Below, piece after piece: positions 24,716 through 37,493 of a stretch of 64,000 nt of DNA. The notes under the pieces are model-generated. The model was not told where the DNA came from. It did not search any database and was given only the letters and a program-made list of their open reading frames with translations. Location of the stretch: NCBI GenBank assembly GCA_009914755.4, contig CP086569.2, positions 14,688,001 to 14,752,000 on the forward strand, read 5' to 3'. Position 1 is the first letter of the stretch. Each line of letters begins with the position of its first letter. The stretch is from the human T2T-CHM13v2.0 reference genome, Homo sapiens. A program made the position numbers and the translations under genes.

Positions 24716-25068
24716 AAGAGACATTCATTCTGATTGCATTATCAGTACTTATTGTGCCTCCTTGAGAAATGGGTAGATAATTTTAGCCTATGGATGCTGT
24801 GAATTTTGCAGTCAATAGTGTTTTCCTCTTACAGTTGGTCATTAGAAAGCTAAAGCTTAAATAAAACAGCCTGTCTTTAACAAGTGTGCTGGAATTGATC
24901 ATATGCATTTAGGAAACTTGCTTTATCCCTGACAGTATTTATTTATTTCTCCTCATTTTAATTTCCTTTTATCTCATTTTTTTTTTCCCACTCACTTAAG
25001 ATGTGTTTTCCAGCTGTAATCATAAGGAGCTTTGTAAATTGTCTTGAATTATTTTAAGAGTGAAAAAT

Positions 25069-25208
25069 GGGCCTGGTGTGGTGACTCAAGCCTGTAATCC
25101 CAGCACTTTGAGAAGCTGAGGGTGGATCATGAGATCAGGAGTTCGAGATCAGCCTGGTCAAGATGGGGAAACCCCGTCTTTACTAAAAATACTAAAAATT
25201 AGCTGGGC
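25069..25208 (+). mobile_element. 3'-truncated Alu (left monomer plus linker only)
   Basis: gggcctggtgtggtgactcaagcctgtaatcccagcactttgagaagctgagggtggatcatgagatcaggagttcgagatcagcctggtcaagatggggaaaccccgtctttactaaaaatactaaaaattagctgggca. Confidence 0.85.
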
Positions 25209-25209
25209 A

Positions 25210-25372
25210 CCTTCCCTCCCTTCCCTTCCCTTTCCTTTCCCTCCTTGCCTCCTTCCCTCCCTTTCTTCCATTTTCCCTCCCTTCTCCCTCCCTCCCATCC
25301 TTTCTTTTGTCTTTCTTTCTTTCCCTTCCCTCCCTCCCTCTCAGTCTCTTTTTCTCTCTATTCTTCTTTATC
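25210..25372. repeat. Pyrimidine-rich (CCCT/CTTT)n low-complexity tract, ~160 bp
   Basis: ccttccctcccttcccttccctttcctttccctccttgcctccttccctccctttcttcc...ctttctttctttcccttccctccctccctctc. Confidence 0.85.
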
Positions 25373-25436
25373 TTAAGGATTTTTTTTATTACTATACTTT
25401 AAGTTCTGGGGTACATATGCAGAATGTGCAGTTTTA

Positions 25437-26069
25437 TTACATAGGTATACACAGGCCATGGTGGTTTGCTGCACCTATCAACCCATCATCTACATTAGGT
25501 ATTTCTGCTAAGTATATCCCTCCCCGAGCCCACCAACCCCTTAAAGGCCTCGGTGTGTGATGTTCCCCTCCTTGTGTCCATGTGTTCTCATTGTTCAGCT
25601 GCCACCTATGAGTGAGAATATGTGGTGTTTGCTTTGCTGTTCTTGTGATAGTTTGCTGAGAATGATGGTTTCCAGCTTCATCCATGTCGCTGCAAAGGAC
25701 ATGAAACTCATCCTTTTTTATGGCTTCATAGTATTCCATGGAGTATATGTGCCACATTTTCTTTATCCAGACTATCATTGATGGACATTTGGGTTGGTTC
25801 CAAGTCTTTGCTATTGTGAATAGTGCTGCAATAAACATACATGTGCATGTGTCTTTATAGTAGGATGATGTATAATCTTTTGGGTATATACCCAGTAATG
25901 AGATTGCTGGGTCAAATGGTATTTCTGGTTCTAGATCATTGAGGAATTGCCACACTGTCTTCCAGATTGATTGAACTAATTTACACTCCCACCAACAGTG
26001 GAAAGGTGTTCCTATTTCTCCACATCCTCTCCAGCATCTGTTATTTCCTGACTTTTTAATGATTTCCAT
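25437..26069 (-). pseudogene. L1 ORF2 C-terminal (Cys-rich) remnant
   Basis: The ORF-track protein MEIIKKSGNNRCWRGCGEIGTPFHCWWECKLVQSIWKTVWQFLNDLEPEIPFDPAISLLGIYPKDY... matches L1 ORF2p MAIIKKSGNNRCWRGCGEIGTLLHCWWDCKLVQPLWKSVWRFLRDLELEIPFDPAIPLLGIYPKDY. Confidence 0.9.
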
Positions 26070-26521
26070 TCTAACTGGTACGAGATGCTATCTCATTGTG
26101 GTTTTGATTTGGATTTCTTTATGGACCAGTGATCGTGAGCTTTTTTTCATGTTTGTTGGCTGCCTAAATGTCTCTTTTGAGAAGTGTCTGTTTGTATACT
26201 TCACCCACTTTTTGATGGTTTTTTTTTCTTGTAAATTTGTTTAAGTTCTTTGTAGATTCTGGATGTTAAACCTTTGTCAGATGGATAGCTTGGAAAAATT
26301 TTCTTCCATTCTATACATTGCCTGTTCATGCTGATGATAGTTTATTTTGCTGTGCAGAAGCTCTTTAGTTTAATTAGATCCCATTTATCAATTTTGGCTT
26401 TTGTTGCCATTGCTTTTGGTATTTTAGACATGAAGTCTTTGCCCATGCCTATATCCTGAATGGTATTGCCTAGGTTTTCTTCAAGGACTTTTATGATTTT
26501 AGGACTTACATTTAAGTCTTA

Positions 26522-26620
<99 letters not shown>

Positions 26621-26987
26621 TTAGAAATCTTCACCCCATTGCTTGGTTGTGTCAGATTTGTCAAAGATGAGATGGTTGTAGATGTGTGGTATTGCTTCTG
26701 AGGCCTCTGATCTGTTCCATTGGTCTATATATCTGTTTTGGTACCAGTACCATGCTGTTTTGGTTACTGTAGCCTTGTAGTATAGTTTGAAGTCAGGTAG
26801 CATGATGCCTCCAGCTTTGTTCTTTTTGCTTAGGATTGTCTTGTCTATGCAGACTCTTTTTTTGGTTCCATATGAAGTTTAGTTTTTTCCAGTTCTTTGA
26901 AGAAAGTCAATGGTAGCTTGATGGGAATAGCATTGATTCTATAAATTACTTTGGGCAGTATGGCCTTTTTCACAATATTGATTCTTC

Positions 26988-27392
26988 CTATCCATGAACA
27001 TGGAATGTTTTTCCATTTGTTTGTGTCCTCCCTATTTCTTTGAGCAGTGATTTCTTGTACTCCTTGAAGAGGTCCTTCAGAGACATTGTAAGTTGTATTC
27101 CTAGGTATTTCATTCTCTTTGTAGCAGTTGTGAATGGGAGGTCACTCATTATTTGGTGCTCTGTTTGTCTGTTGTTGTGTAGGAAAGCTTGTGATTTTTG
27201 CACGTTGATTTTGCATCCTGAGACTTTGTTGAAGTTGCTTATCAGCTTAAGGAGAATTTGGGCTGAGACGATGGGGTTTTCTAAATATACAATGATGTCA
27301 TCTGTAAACAGAGACAATTTGACTTCCTCTTTTCCTAATTGAATACCCTTTATTTCTTTCACTTGCCTGATTGCCCTGGACAGAATTTCCAA
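26988..27392 (-). pseudogene. L1 ORF2 reverse-transcriptase-domain remnant
   Basis: [71 protein letters not shown] matches L1 ORF2p [71 protein letters not shown] (the FADD motif region). Confidence 0.9.
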
Positions 27393-27798
27393 TACTGCGT
27401 TGAATAGGCGTGGTGAGAGAGGGCATCCTTGTGCTGGTTTTCAAAGGGAATGCCTTCAGTTTTTGCCCATTCAGTATGATATTGGCTTTGGGTTTGTCAT
27501 AAATGGCTCTGATTATTTTGGGATATGTTCAACTGATACCTAGTTTATTGAGAATTTTTAGCATGAAGGGTTTTGAGTTTTGTCAAAGGCCTTTTCTGCG
27601 TCTATTGAGATAATCATGTCTTTTTTTCATTGGTTCTGTTTATGTGATGGATTACATTTATGGATTTGTGTAAGTTGAACCAGGCAGGCTTGCAACTCAG
27701 GTATGATTCCGAGTTGGTCGTGGTGGATAAGCTTTTTAATGTGCTGCTGGATATGGTTTGCCAGTATTTTATTGAGGATTTTGCATTGATGTTCATCA

Positions 27799-28011
<213 letters not shown>

Positions 28012-28157
28012 TTAGTGCTGCAATTTGAGAACTTGTTATTGGTCTATTCAGGGATTTGACTTCTTCCTGGTTTAGAGTTGGGAGAGCATATGTGTCCAGG
28101 AATTTATCCATTTCTTCTAGATTTTCTAGTTTACTTGCATAGAGTTGTTTATAATAT

Positions 28158-28736
28158 TCACTGATGGTAGTTTGCATATCTGTGGGATCGATGGTTATAC
28201 CCCTTTATCATTTTTTTATTGTGTCTATTTGATTCTTCTCTCTTTTCTTCTTTATTAGTCTGGCTTAGTAGTCTATCTATTTTGTTGACCTTTTCAAAAA
28301 ACCGGTACCTGGATTCATTGATTTTCTGAAGGGTTTTTCGTGTCCCTATGTCCTTCAGTTCTGCTCTGATCTTAGTTATTTCTTGTCTTCTGCTAGCTTT
28401 TGAATTTGTTTGCTGTTGCTTCTCTAGTTCTTTCAATTTTGATGTTAGGGTGTCAATTTTAGATCTTTCCTGCCTTTTCTTGCAGCCATTTAGTGCTATA
28501 AATTTCCCGCTGCACACTGCTTTAAATGTGTCCCAGAGATTCTGGTATGTTGTGTCTTTATTCTCATTGGTTTCAAAGGACATCTTTATTTCTGCCTTCA
28601 TTTTGTTATGTACCCAGTAGTTATTCAGGAGCAGGTTCAGTTTCCATGTAGTTGTGCGGTTTTGAGTGAGTTTCTTAATCCTGAGTTCTAATTTGATTGC
28701 ACTGTGGTCTGAGAGATTGAATGTTATGATTTCCAT
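28158..28736 (-). pseudogene. L1 ORF2 remnant spanning the end of the endonuclease domain and the EN-RT linker
   Basis: ...[100 protein letters not shown]... matches L1 ORF2p ...[101 protein letters not shown]. Confidence 0.9.
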
Positions 28737-29714
28737 TCTTTTGCATTTGCTGAGGAGTGTTTTACTTCCAGTTATGTGGTCAATTTTAGGCTAAGTGTGA
28801 TGTGTTGCTGAGAAGAATGTATATTCTGTTGATTTGGGGTGGAGAGTTCTGTAGATATCTATTAGGTCTGGTTGGTCCAGAGCTGAGTTCAAGCCTTGAA
28901 AATCCTTGTTCATTTTCTGTCTTGTTCATCTGTCTAATATTGACAGTTGGGCGTTAAAGTCTCCCACTATAATTGTGCAGGAGTCTAAGTCTCTTTGCAG
29001 GTCTCTAAGTACTTGCTTTATGAGTCTGGGTGCTCCTATGCAGGCTAATCACCCAACTGTGTTGGGTGCATATATATTTAGGATTGTTAGCTCTTCTTGT
29101 TTCATTGGTCCCTTTTCCATTATGAAATTCCTTTAATTTTCTCTTTAGATCTTTGTTGACTTAGAGTTTGTTTTATCAGAGATTAGGATTGCAACTCCTG
29201 CTTTTTTGTTTGTTTGTTTGCTTTCCACTTGCTTGGTAAATATTCATGCATTCCTTTATTTATATGTGTTTTGCATGTGAGATGGATCTCCTGAATACAC
29301 CACACTGATCGGTCTTGACTCTAATTTGTCATCTGTGTCTTTTAATTGGGGCATTTAGCCTGTTGACATTTAAGGTTAATATTGTTATGTGTAAATTTGA
29401 TTGTGTCATTCTGATGCTTGCTGGTTATTTTGCCCATTAGTTGATGCAGTTTCTTTATAGTGCAGATGGTCTTTACAATTTGGTATGTTTTTGTAGTGGT
29501 GGGTACCAGTTGCTCCTTTCCATGTTTAGTGCTTCCTTCAGGAGCTCTTGTAAGGGAGACCTGGTGGTGGCAAAATCTCTAAACGTTTGCTTGTTTGTAA
29601 AGGATTTTATTTCTCTTTAGTTTATGAAGCTTAGTTTGGCTGGGTATGAAATTCTGAGCTGAAAATTATTTTGTTTAAGAATGTTGGATATTGGCCCCCA
29701 CTCTCCTCTGGCTC

Positions 29715-30032
29715 CTAGGGTTTCTGCAGACAAACTGCTGTTAGCCTGATGGGCTTCCCTTTGTGGATAACCCAACCTTTCTCTCTGGCTGCCCTTAATA
29801 TGTTTTCCTTCATTTCAACCTTGGTGAATCTGATGATTATGTGTCTTGGGGTTGCTCTTCTCGAGAAGTATCTTTGTGGTGTTAGCTGTATATCCCGAAT
29901 TTGAATGTTGGCCTGTCTTGCTACGTTGGGGAAGTTCTCCTGGATAATATACTGAAGAGTGTTTTCCAACTTGATTCCATACTCCTTGTTACTTTCAGGT
30001 ACCCCAATCAAATGTAGAGTTGGTCTTTTCAC
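29715..30032 (-). pseudogene. L1 ORF1 C-terminal remnant
   Basis: MKRPTLHLIGVPESNKEYGIKLENTLQYIIQENFPNVARQANIQIRDIQLTPQRYFSRRATPRHIIIRFTKVEMKENILRAAREKG matches ORF1p VKRPNLRLIGVPESDVENGTKLENTLQDIIQENFPNLARQANIQIQEIQRTPQRYSSRRATPRHIIVRFTKVEMKEKMLRAAREKG. Confidence 0.9.
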
Positions 30033-31639
30033 ATGCTCTCATATTTTTGGGAGGCTTTGTTCGTTTCTTTTATGATTTTTTTTTCTAATCTTGTCCTCTT
30101 GCTTTATTTTGTTAAGTTAATCTTCCATTTCTGTTATCGTTTCTTCTGCTTGATTGACTTGGCTATTGACACTTGTATATGCTTCATGAAGTTCTCGTGC
30201 TGTGTTTTTCAGCTCAATCAGGTCATTTATGTTCTTCTCTAAACCGATTATTCTAGTTAGCAATTCATTTACCCTTTTTCAAGGTTCTTAGCTTCCTTGA
30301 ATTGGGTTAGAAAATGCCCCTTTAGCTCAGAGGAGTTTGTTATTACCCACCTTCTGAAGCCTACTCCTGTCAATTCATCAAACTTATTCTCCATCCAGTT
30401 TTGTTCCCTTGCTGGTGAGGATTTTAGATCCTTTTTAAGAGAAGAGGTGTTCTGGTTTTTGGAATTTTCAGCCTTTTAGGGCTAGTTTCTCCTGCTCTTT
30501 GTGGATTTATTTACCTTTGGTCTTTGATTTTGGTGACCTTTGGATGGGGTCTTTGAGTGGACGTGTTATTCTTTTTTTAGTTTTCCTTCTAACATTCAGG
30601 CCCTTCTGCTGCAGGTCTGCTGGAGTTTGCTGGAGGTCTACTCCACACCCTGTTTGCCAGGGAGTCACCCACTGAGGCTGCAGAACAGCAAAGATTGCTG
30701 CCTGTTCTTTCCTCTGGAATTTTTGTCCCAGAGGGACACCTGCCAGATGCCAGCCACGGCTGTCCTGTATGAGGTGTCTGTTGGCACCTGCTGAGAGTTG
30801 TCTCCCAGTCAAGATACATGGGGTCAGGGATCTGCTTGAGGACGCAGTCTGAGCCTTAGCATAGCTTGAATGCTGTGCCAGGTGGTCTGCTGCTCTCTTC
30901 AGAGCCATGAACCGGGGACATTTAGGTCTGCTGAAGCTGTGACCACAGCCGCCCCTTTCCCCAGGTACTCTTTCCCAGGGAGATGGGGTTTTTATCTATA
31001 CATCCCTGACTGGGGCTGCTGCCTTTTTTTCAGAGATGCCCTGCCCAGAAAGGGGAAACCTGGTAGTCTGACAACAGTGGCCTTGCTGAGCTGCAGTGGG
31101 ATCCGCCCAGTTAGCTGGTGGCTTTCTTTACATTGTGAGAATAAAACTGCCTATTCAAGCCTCAGCAATGGTGGACACCCCTGAATTTCTCTTATTTAAA
31201 CCCTGCATTTTCTCCAATCTGTTATCACACAGGAATATACACACTGACACCAACTGAGCTATTGCTGTTAATACAATGAACACAGTATTGACAGAGTGGC
31301 CTTTCCATTATCATTAAATAGGCCAGAAGCCATTCATTGTACATCTCTGTGCTTAAAATTTTCAGCTGGGGCTCCCATAACTTAAGGCAGAGAGAAAGTC
31401 TTTCGTGGAAATCAACATAAACATTTACTACACATAAGAATGGAGAGAAATTTGCTGTTTGTTAGAAAATTGGGCTCAAGTCAAACTGTCTAACTAAATG
31501 ATACTCACTTTAACTCACTGCAAATGACTAATTCTGCATCAAATTCCACATAAGGAGAACTGTTTGCAGGGAGAACTGTGAGAGCCTCAGGGGCCAGGAC
31601 AAGCCCTGAACTGTGCAAGCAGAGATCATTTAAGAGTTC

Positions 31640-31745
31640 AGCTGTCCATTCAGAGATTCATCTTCTTCCTGGTTTAGTCTTGGGAGGGTGTATGTGTCAA
31701 GGAATTTATCTTCTAGATTTTCTAGTTTATTTGTGTAGAGGTGCT
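31640..31745 (-). mobile_element. Short L1 ORF2-region fragment (~100 bp)
   Basis: ttcatcttcttcctggtttagtcttgggagggtgtatgtgtcaaggaatttatcttctagattttctagtttatttgtgtagag parallels 28060..28145 of the large L1 (gacttcttcctggtttagagttgggagagcatatgtgtccaggaatttatccatttcttctagattttctagtttacttgcatagag). Confidence 0.7.
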
Positions 31746-32044
31746 CCCCAAACCTCCATTTCTCTCTGGAATTAATTAAAAATGGATAAATTATTAATAT
31801 TAATTAAAAGATTAATACATCTCAAGCACCCAAGCTAAAAAAGTCAAAATCCTCCTTCGTTGCTCCTTGTCCTTTATCTATCTAGCTGTCTGCAATGTCC
31901 TTCTGATAAATCTCTCAGACAGTTTTGCTATCTCCTCTGATATCACTGAAGCATTTACTGTCCCTAAAATGTGGTAATTGCACAGCCCCAGTTTTTCTCC
32001 CCGCTTTTGCTCTTCATAGCTCCCAAGGTCTTAGACGCTCTGCT

Positions 32045-32190
32045 TCTCAAACTTTAGTATACTCAAGAATCTCCTGGTGGGCTTGCTCACATGCAGATTC
32101 CCAGGCCATACCTCCATAGATTCTGATGTGGTGTGTCTGGGATGGGGCCTGAGAGTCTGCATTTCTAAGAGGATACCAGTAGATACTTGT
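32045..32190 (-). mobile_element. MER5A-like hAT-Charlie MITE
   Basis: The reverse complement reads ctggtatcctcttagaaatgcagactctcaggccccatcccagacacaccacatcagaatctatggaggtatggcctgggaatctgcatgtgagcaagcccaccaggagattcttgagtatactaaagtttgagaagcag. This matches the MER5A consensus ...gttagaaatgcaaattctcaggccccaccccagacctactgaatcagaaactctggg...gcccagcaatctgtgttttaacaagccctccaggtgattctgatgcacgctaaagtttgagaaccactg. Confidence 0.6.
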
Positions 32191-32744
32191 CCATGGTAGC
32201 CCTAATTGAGGCATCACATGTACAGGATCACATGTAATTTTTCAGCATGCTTCATATTGAGTATCCATCTAACTTTCCAGATGACTCTGCTCTTTTGTTT
32301 GTTTGTATTTTTCAAGTGTTCATTTTTTCATTCTCATTAGACAATTTTCCCAGACTCCTCAGCATGCCATATTCTTCTGTACCTCTTTGCGTTTGCTTGT
32401 AGTAATTTGGAGAGGTAATTCAGCATGGGGATGAAGAGCAAGTGGCAATCCTGTGACTATTAAAGTAGTTCAGAAAATAATCAACACACTGTGGCCTCTC
32501 TCCTTAGGGGCTGTGTAATCTTGGGCAAGTGATTTTGTTTTGTATGCCTCAATTTTTATATCTGAAGAAAAATGGGGCAGATTATAATAGGGGCTACCAT
32601 GTAGATTCTTGTGATGATTAGACGGCTTAATGCATCCCATGGGTCTTGAATACCCATACAGCATGTGTTAACTCTCTTTGTTTTCTTCTTTACACTTATT
32701 ACTTTACCTGTTACTCCAGACCCATATATATATATACTTTTTAA

Positions 32745-32778
32745 TATTTATTTATTTATTTATTTATTTATTTTTTTG
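32745..32778. repeat. (TTTA)n microsatellite
   Basis: tatttatttatttatttatttatttatttttttg. Confidence 0.8.
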
Positions 32779-34815
32779 CTGTGAAATTCTCCTTCTCCTA
32801 CAAAGGCCAGATTTTTTTTTTTCTCTGCCGATGTCTCTAACATTTACCTTTCTTTAGTCCCAGGACCAATTGATGAATCCTTCCTGCCTGTTTGCAAGAT
32901 GCCATGTTGATGCTTGCATTCATTGTCTTGTAGTTTTTGCCTTACGTATTTTTTGCAGGTAGAGCCTGAAATTCTTGAGTCTTGGAAACTCATTACCCTG
33001 ATTCCTCCTTCTTGGCTCACTTTTCATTTGTTAGGTTTTAAATAGATGCCATCCACGTGCCTGACCCTGTGCTTGCGAAGAGTTCATTTGGGTGATGGAG
33101 TGCTGTGTGGGGAGTAAATTCAGTCATCTAAATCAGAAATCTTAAGTTCTATGCTCTCAGAAGTGTACCTCTTGATCAATGTGATTCTTTCACTTCATTA
33201 TGTTACATTAGGAGTAATTTGACATTTTTATTACTTCTGGATTACTTTCCAAGTACACTGATAGTAACTGGCTTGATCTTAGGTCGTTATGTTAATATCT
33301 TACATTTGGTTAGGATTTATAGTTTGCAAAGTATTATCACATAAATAAATACCTTTTGCTTTTAAAGAATCTTTCTGAGATGGGAATGGAAAGTATTCAC
33401 TTTCCTTGATTATTATGCAAAATGCTGGATAGAGTGACCCTATCAAAGTCCTGCAGCTAATAAGATGTGGGGACCATAGAATGGGCCTTTATGTCCTTGG
33501 AGACTTTGAAAGAGGAGTCTTAGGAAAGCCTGGAAGATGGGGCAGACTGCATGTTACTTGAGGAAAGTGTGTAAAGGGAGAAAGTGTATTCCGGGTATGG
33601 TTCTCCTTTCTTTTGGTAGTGTGGCCATGAGGAAGAGAAAAAAGAGGGAAGTCAGGTTTTGAGAGACTGGGCAATCTCTCAAACAATAGATGTAGCTATA
33701 TTCTCTTGAAAGCACATAAATATTCATCTTCACATTTTACTGGTTTGTATTGATACTAATTTTCTTTGTCCTATATAAAATTGCTATGTAAATACACTAG
33801 TATAGCAATGGAAAAACTTTCCCTTTACCCTCATAGGTTTCTGTTATTAGGGCCTATAAATTTAATTCACAAAAGACATATTAACAGGAAAACAAGGCAA
33901 ACAAAGCTTATCTGATGATAATATTTTCACATGCACAGGGACTTCACAGAAAAGAAATAAAAACTCAAAGAAGTGGTTAGACCTAGAAGTTTATATACCA
34001 TTTTAATGAAGGGCAATACATTGTGGAGAAGAGAATAGACAAAGAAAAGGAGGTTTTGGGCTCCAGGCAGTAAACTGTGGGAAAGTGACCTAGAAATGTA
34101 TGGTAGATAAGACTTATTTACTAAGGCTTGTTATGCAGATAAGAGTTATTTTTCTCTTCCTGGTATGGGAGAAGGGAACCTTTTTGCAAATGGAAAGTTA
34201 TATTACATTTACAAAGAGAAATTTATGTCTGCTTTTAGGCAGAAATGCGGAAGGCAGAGAGTTCTTCCTGTGTCTACTGTTTCTCAGTTGCCCTTAGCTC
34301 AAAATAATCCTTATGCCACAGTAGCATATTTTGGGATGGCATATTCTGATACTCTTAACTAGGGAATCTGGACCATACATAACCTGATCACATATTATGA
34401 GAGTTGATTAGTGCTCAGTGCTAGAGTGAGAGAATGATGGGAACTGGACATGAGCCTGAGGGCAGTGTTCTCAGTGTGGAAGGTTAAATGAGCAGGTGCC
34501 TCCATGTCACTTAAGTTGTATAAAATAAGAGAAATAAGCACAGTTGATTAGATTGCCTTATGTCTTCCTGGGATATCATCTAATTGTCAACTCTAAAACT
34601 TTTCCTCACCAACAAAAACACCCTGGTTCAAAATTTTTATTATAGTTGTCTATTTGGGAATTTAATTTAAAGAAATATCATTGAACTATGTTGAAGAAAG
34701 TTTGTGTTTTATGACTACTACTTTCTAATAAACAGCTTTTCTTTTATTATAAAAGTAACATTTTTATTTTTTATTGCAGTAAAAAAACCCACACAAACAC
34801 ACACAACATAAAGAG

Positions 34816-34875
34816 CTATGATCACATCATTGCACACCAGCCTGGGTGAGAGTGAGACCCTGTCTCTGAAAATAA
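34816..34875 (+). mobile_element. Alu 3'-terminal fragment with an A-rich tail
   Basis: gatcacatcattgcacaccagcctgggtgagagtgagaccctgtctctgaaaataattaaataaataag. Confidence 0.7.
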
Positions 34876-35130
34876 TTAAATAAATAAGTCAAAAATTAAA
34901 ATTTACCATGAGAGCCAGTTTTGAGTGTATAGTTAAGTAGCGTTAAGTATATTACAATTGTCGTGCAACAGATCTCCAGAACTTTTTCATCTTACCAAAC
35001 TAAAGCACAGTACTCATGAAATAACAACTTCTCATTTCCCTCTCTCAGCAACTGGCAACCACCAGTCAACTTTCTTCTTTTATGAATTTGACTATAGAAA
35101 TAACCTTTTTGAAGGATAAGGTTTTTTTGC

Positions 35131-35155
35131 TTTTTTTTTTTTTTTTTTTTTTTTT
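35131..35155. repeat. Poly-T tract (~25 nt)
   Basis: gcttttttttttttttttttttttttttgc. Confidence 0.9.
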
Positions 35156-35207
35156 GCAAAAATACCTAAAGGTGGATATTATAAGCATAAATAATTTAAA
35201 AGTTTGA

Positions 35208-35480
35208 GGCCAGCACTTTGGGAGGCCGACGTGGGTGGGTCATCTGAGGTCAGGAGGTCAAGACCAGCCTGACCAACATGGTGAAACCACATCTCTACTA
35301 AAAATACAAAAATTAGCTGGGTATGGTGGCAGGTGCCTGTAATCTGAGCTGCTCGAGAGGCTGAGGCAGGAGAATTGCTTGAACCCAGGAGACGGAAGTT
35401 ACAGTGAGCCAAGATTGTGCCATTGTACTCCAGCCTGGTGACAGAGCAAGACTCCACCTCAAAAAAAAAAAAAAAAAAAA
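35208..35480 (+). mobile_element. Alu lacking ~20 bp at its 5' end, with a poly-A tail
   Basis: ggccagcactttgggaggccgacgtgggtgggtcatctgaggtcaggaggtcaagaccagcctgaccaacatggtgaaaccacatctctactaaaaatacaaaaattagctgggtatggtggcaggtgcctgtaatc...ccagcctggtgacagagcaagactccacctcaaaaaaaaaaaaaaaaaaaaa. Confidence 0.9.
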
Positions 35481-36649
35481 GTGTGAAACATTTGACTGTA
35501 TGTCTCCAGAGGCCTAAGGATTTCAATATGCCTACTTATAGGGACTCTTGCAAAGAAAATCAATACAATTTTTCTTACCTCTACCTTTATACTATATGGT
35601 AATATTATTTTGTTTCTTAAAGTAGCAATTTAGAAACCAAATAAATGTCTGTAACTGTTTACTTTGTTTACTATTATTATGCATTATCAGTAAGCCTTTG
35701 CTAAGTAATGCTATGGTAACAAACAGTCCCCAAACTTCACTTTATTTTACTTTTTCTCACGTGCATATCAGGAATAATTTATGCTCATTTTTATGGTGAA
35801 GGATGAAAAATGGCAGAACTTTGGGAAACCTCTTAAAAATTCTGCTGAAATGTGGCACTTGCCGCTTCTCACATTCCGTCAGTCAAGCAAGTCACAGAGC
35901 CAAGAGTGATATCAATGAGACACAGAAGTATATGTAGTAATGGTCATAGATATAGTATCCTCTTCCAGGTAAGGGAGAAAATATTTGGGATTCACACATG
36001 CAATTTACTTTACTAGGCAAATCACTTGTAATGGTGAAATATTATTTTTAATCATGAGCATTTTCATAGGTCTGAAAATAATGGCAACAATAGGAAATGC
36101 TTCAATTCATTTATGTATTGAGAATCTAAAATGAAAATCAACACAGGAAGAATGATTTTTGCATCCTGTCTAAGCCATCACTTATTTAAGATGTTGAAAA
36201 CGATATTCTTTTGCACTAATATGAAAATGGTACTCCCTAATTTAGGACTGGTAAGCGCAACTTAACTGGATAAAATGGTGACCATTCATTGTGTGAAAAT
36301 TCATATAGTGTTTATTTGCATACATTATGTGCATCACAATCTGCTATAAATTTTTTTCTGCACTTAAACTTTTGAATTACTTTACATATTACTCTGCTTA
36401 ATGTCTTGGCTTTATTGATTGGTTCAGCCAATCAACTCTCTGACTTTGTCTATGTCTCCTCCCTTACTTTCCACTTGTTTTCTCAGTCAGGGAATTTTAT
36501 AGAGGTTTATATGTATGAGATTCATGCTTTAGATTAGTAATTTAAAATCTCCCCAAAATATTTGCCATTTTTAACTGGTTTTGCTATTATAGACCACAAA
36601 TTACTGGTGCCAGGCCACACAACATGATATGATGCACCTATGTGCTCAG

Positions 36650-36845
36650 ACCTGCATTTGAGGGGCCACTGAGCTAGACCAAATTTCTTCAAACCTTAAA
36701 GGGCATCACCTGGAGATCTTTTTCAAATGCAGATTCTAATTCAGCTATCTGTGTGAGTCTGAAGGCATTGCATTTCCAACAAGGTCCCAGGTAATCTGAG
36801 GCTGCAGGGTCCATGAACCACACTTTGAACAGCAAGAGTCTAACC
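36650..36845 (+). mobile_element. MER5-like hAT MITE fragment
   Basis: gggcatcacctggagatctttttcaaatgcagattctaattcagctatctgtgtgagtctgaagg...ccaacaaggtcccaggtaatctgaggctgcagggtccatgaaccacactttgaacagcaag parallels MER5A cagcatcacctgggaacttgttagaaatgcaaattctcagg...ctgaatcagaaactctggg...aacaagccctccaggtgattctgatgcacgctaaagtttgagaaccactg. Confidence 0.4.
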
Positions 36846-37493
36846 AATGAAATTGTGAATACTGAAGTTCATGGGTGTGGCACCTTATCTACATCTACAT
36901 TACTAATTAGTGGTGAAGGTCCTCCTAACGCATGACTGAGTGAAGGTTCCATCCTACTGTGTGTAACCACCATTGTTTATTTAGTTTTGTTCCTAACAGA
37001 AATTATTCTGTGCCTCAAGCCAGGATTTTATTTGATTTCACCACAAGCTATAAAGTTCCTTCAGATAAGCTGGGTTCCAGGATTTTAAAATTAAAGGAGA
37101 AAATGTGTCCAGCACAGGAAGTTATTTATGTTGTGGAGGATAAGTCTCTGGATTGGTAGCAGTCTGTTCATCTATCAGAAAAGTCCCCTGGACATGGCCA
37201 CAAGAGAAATGGAGTGTTTTACACTATAGCAGGTGGGCACAGGAGCAGAGAGGGAGTGTCTTTAAGCACAATACCTACAGCAATGAAATGCTGACTCTTC
37301 TCTGATTTCCTCTCCTTTCTAATTCTATAGACAAGCAAAAGTAGAGATGCATGCCAACCAAAGAGGGGCATATTTTCAGGGCTGCTTTTCTTTCCTGGCC
37401 TCTCCCATCTTGATGAAAAGGACCATGTGAAGTGTGTGTGTGCATGTGCCCAAGCATGTGCCTTGTGGTTGGGAGCTCCATGTAAAACGGCTG

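Noticed and set aside
25129-25560. 143-aa plus-strand ORF
   Set aside because: It runs through an Alu fragment, the (CCCT)n tract (…SLPSLPFPFPPCLLPSLSS…) and the L1 3' end. It is a low-complexity artefact.
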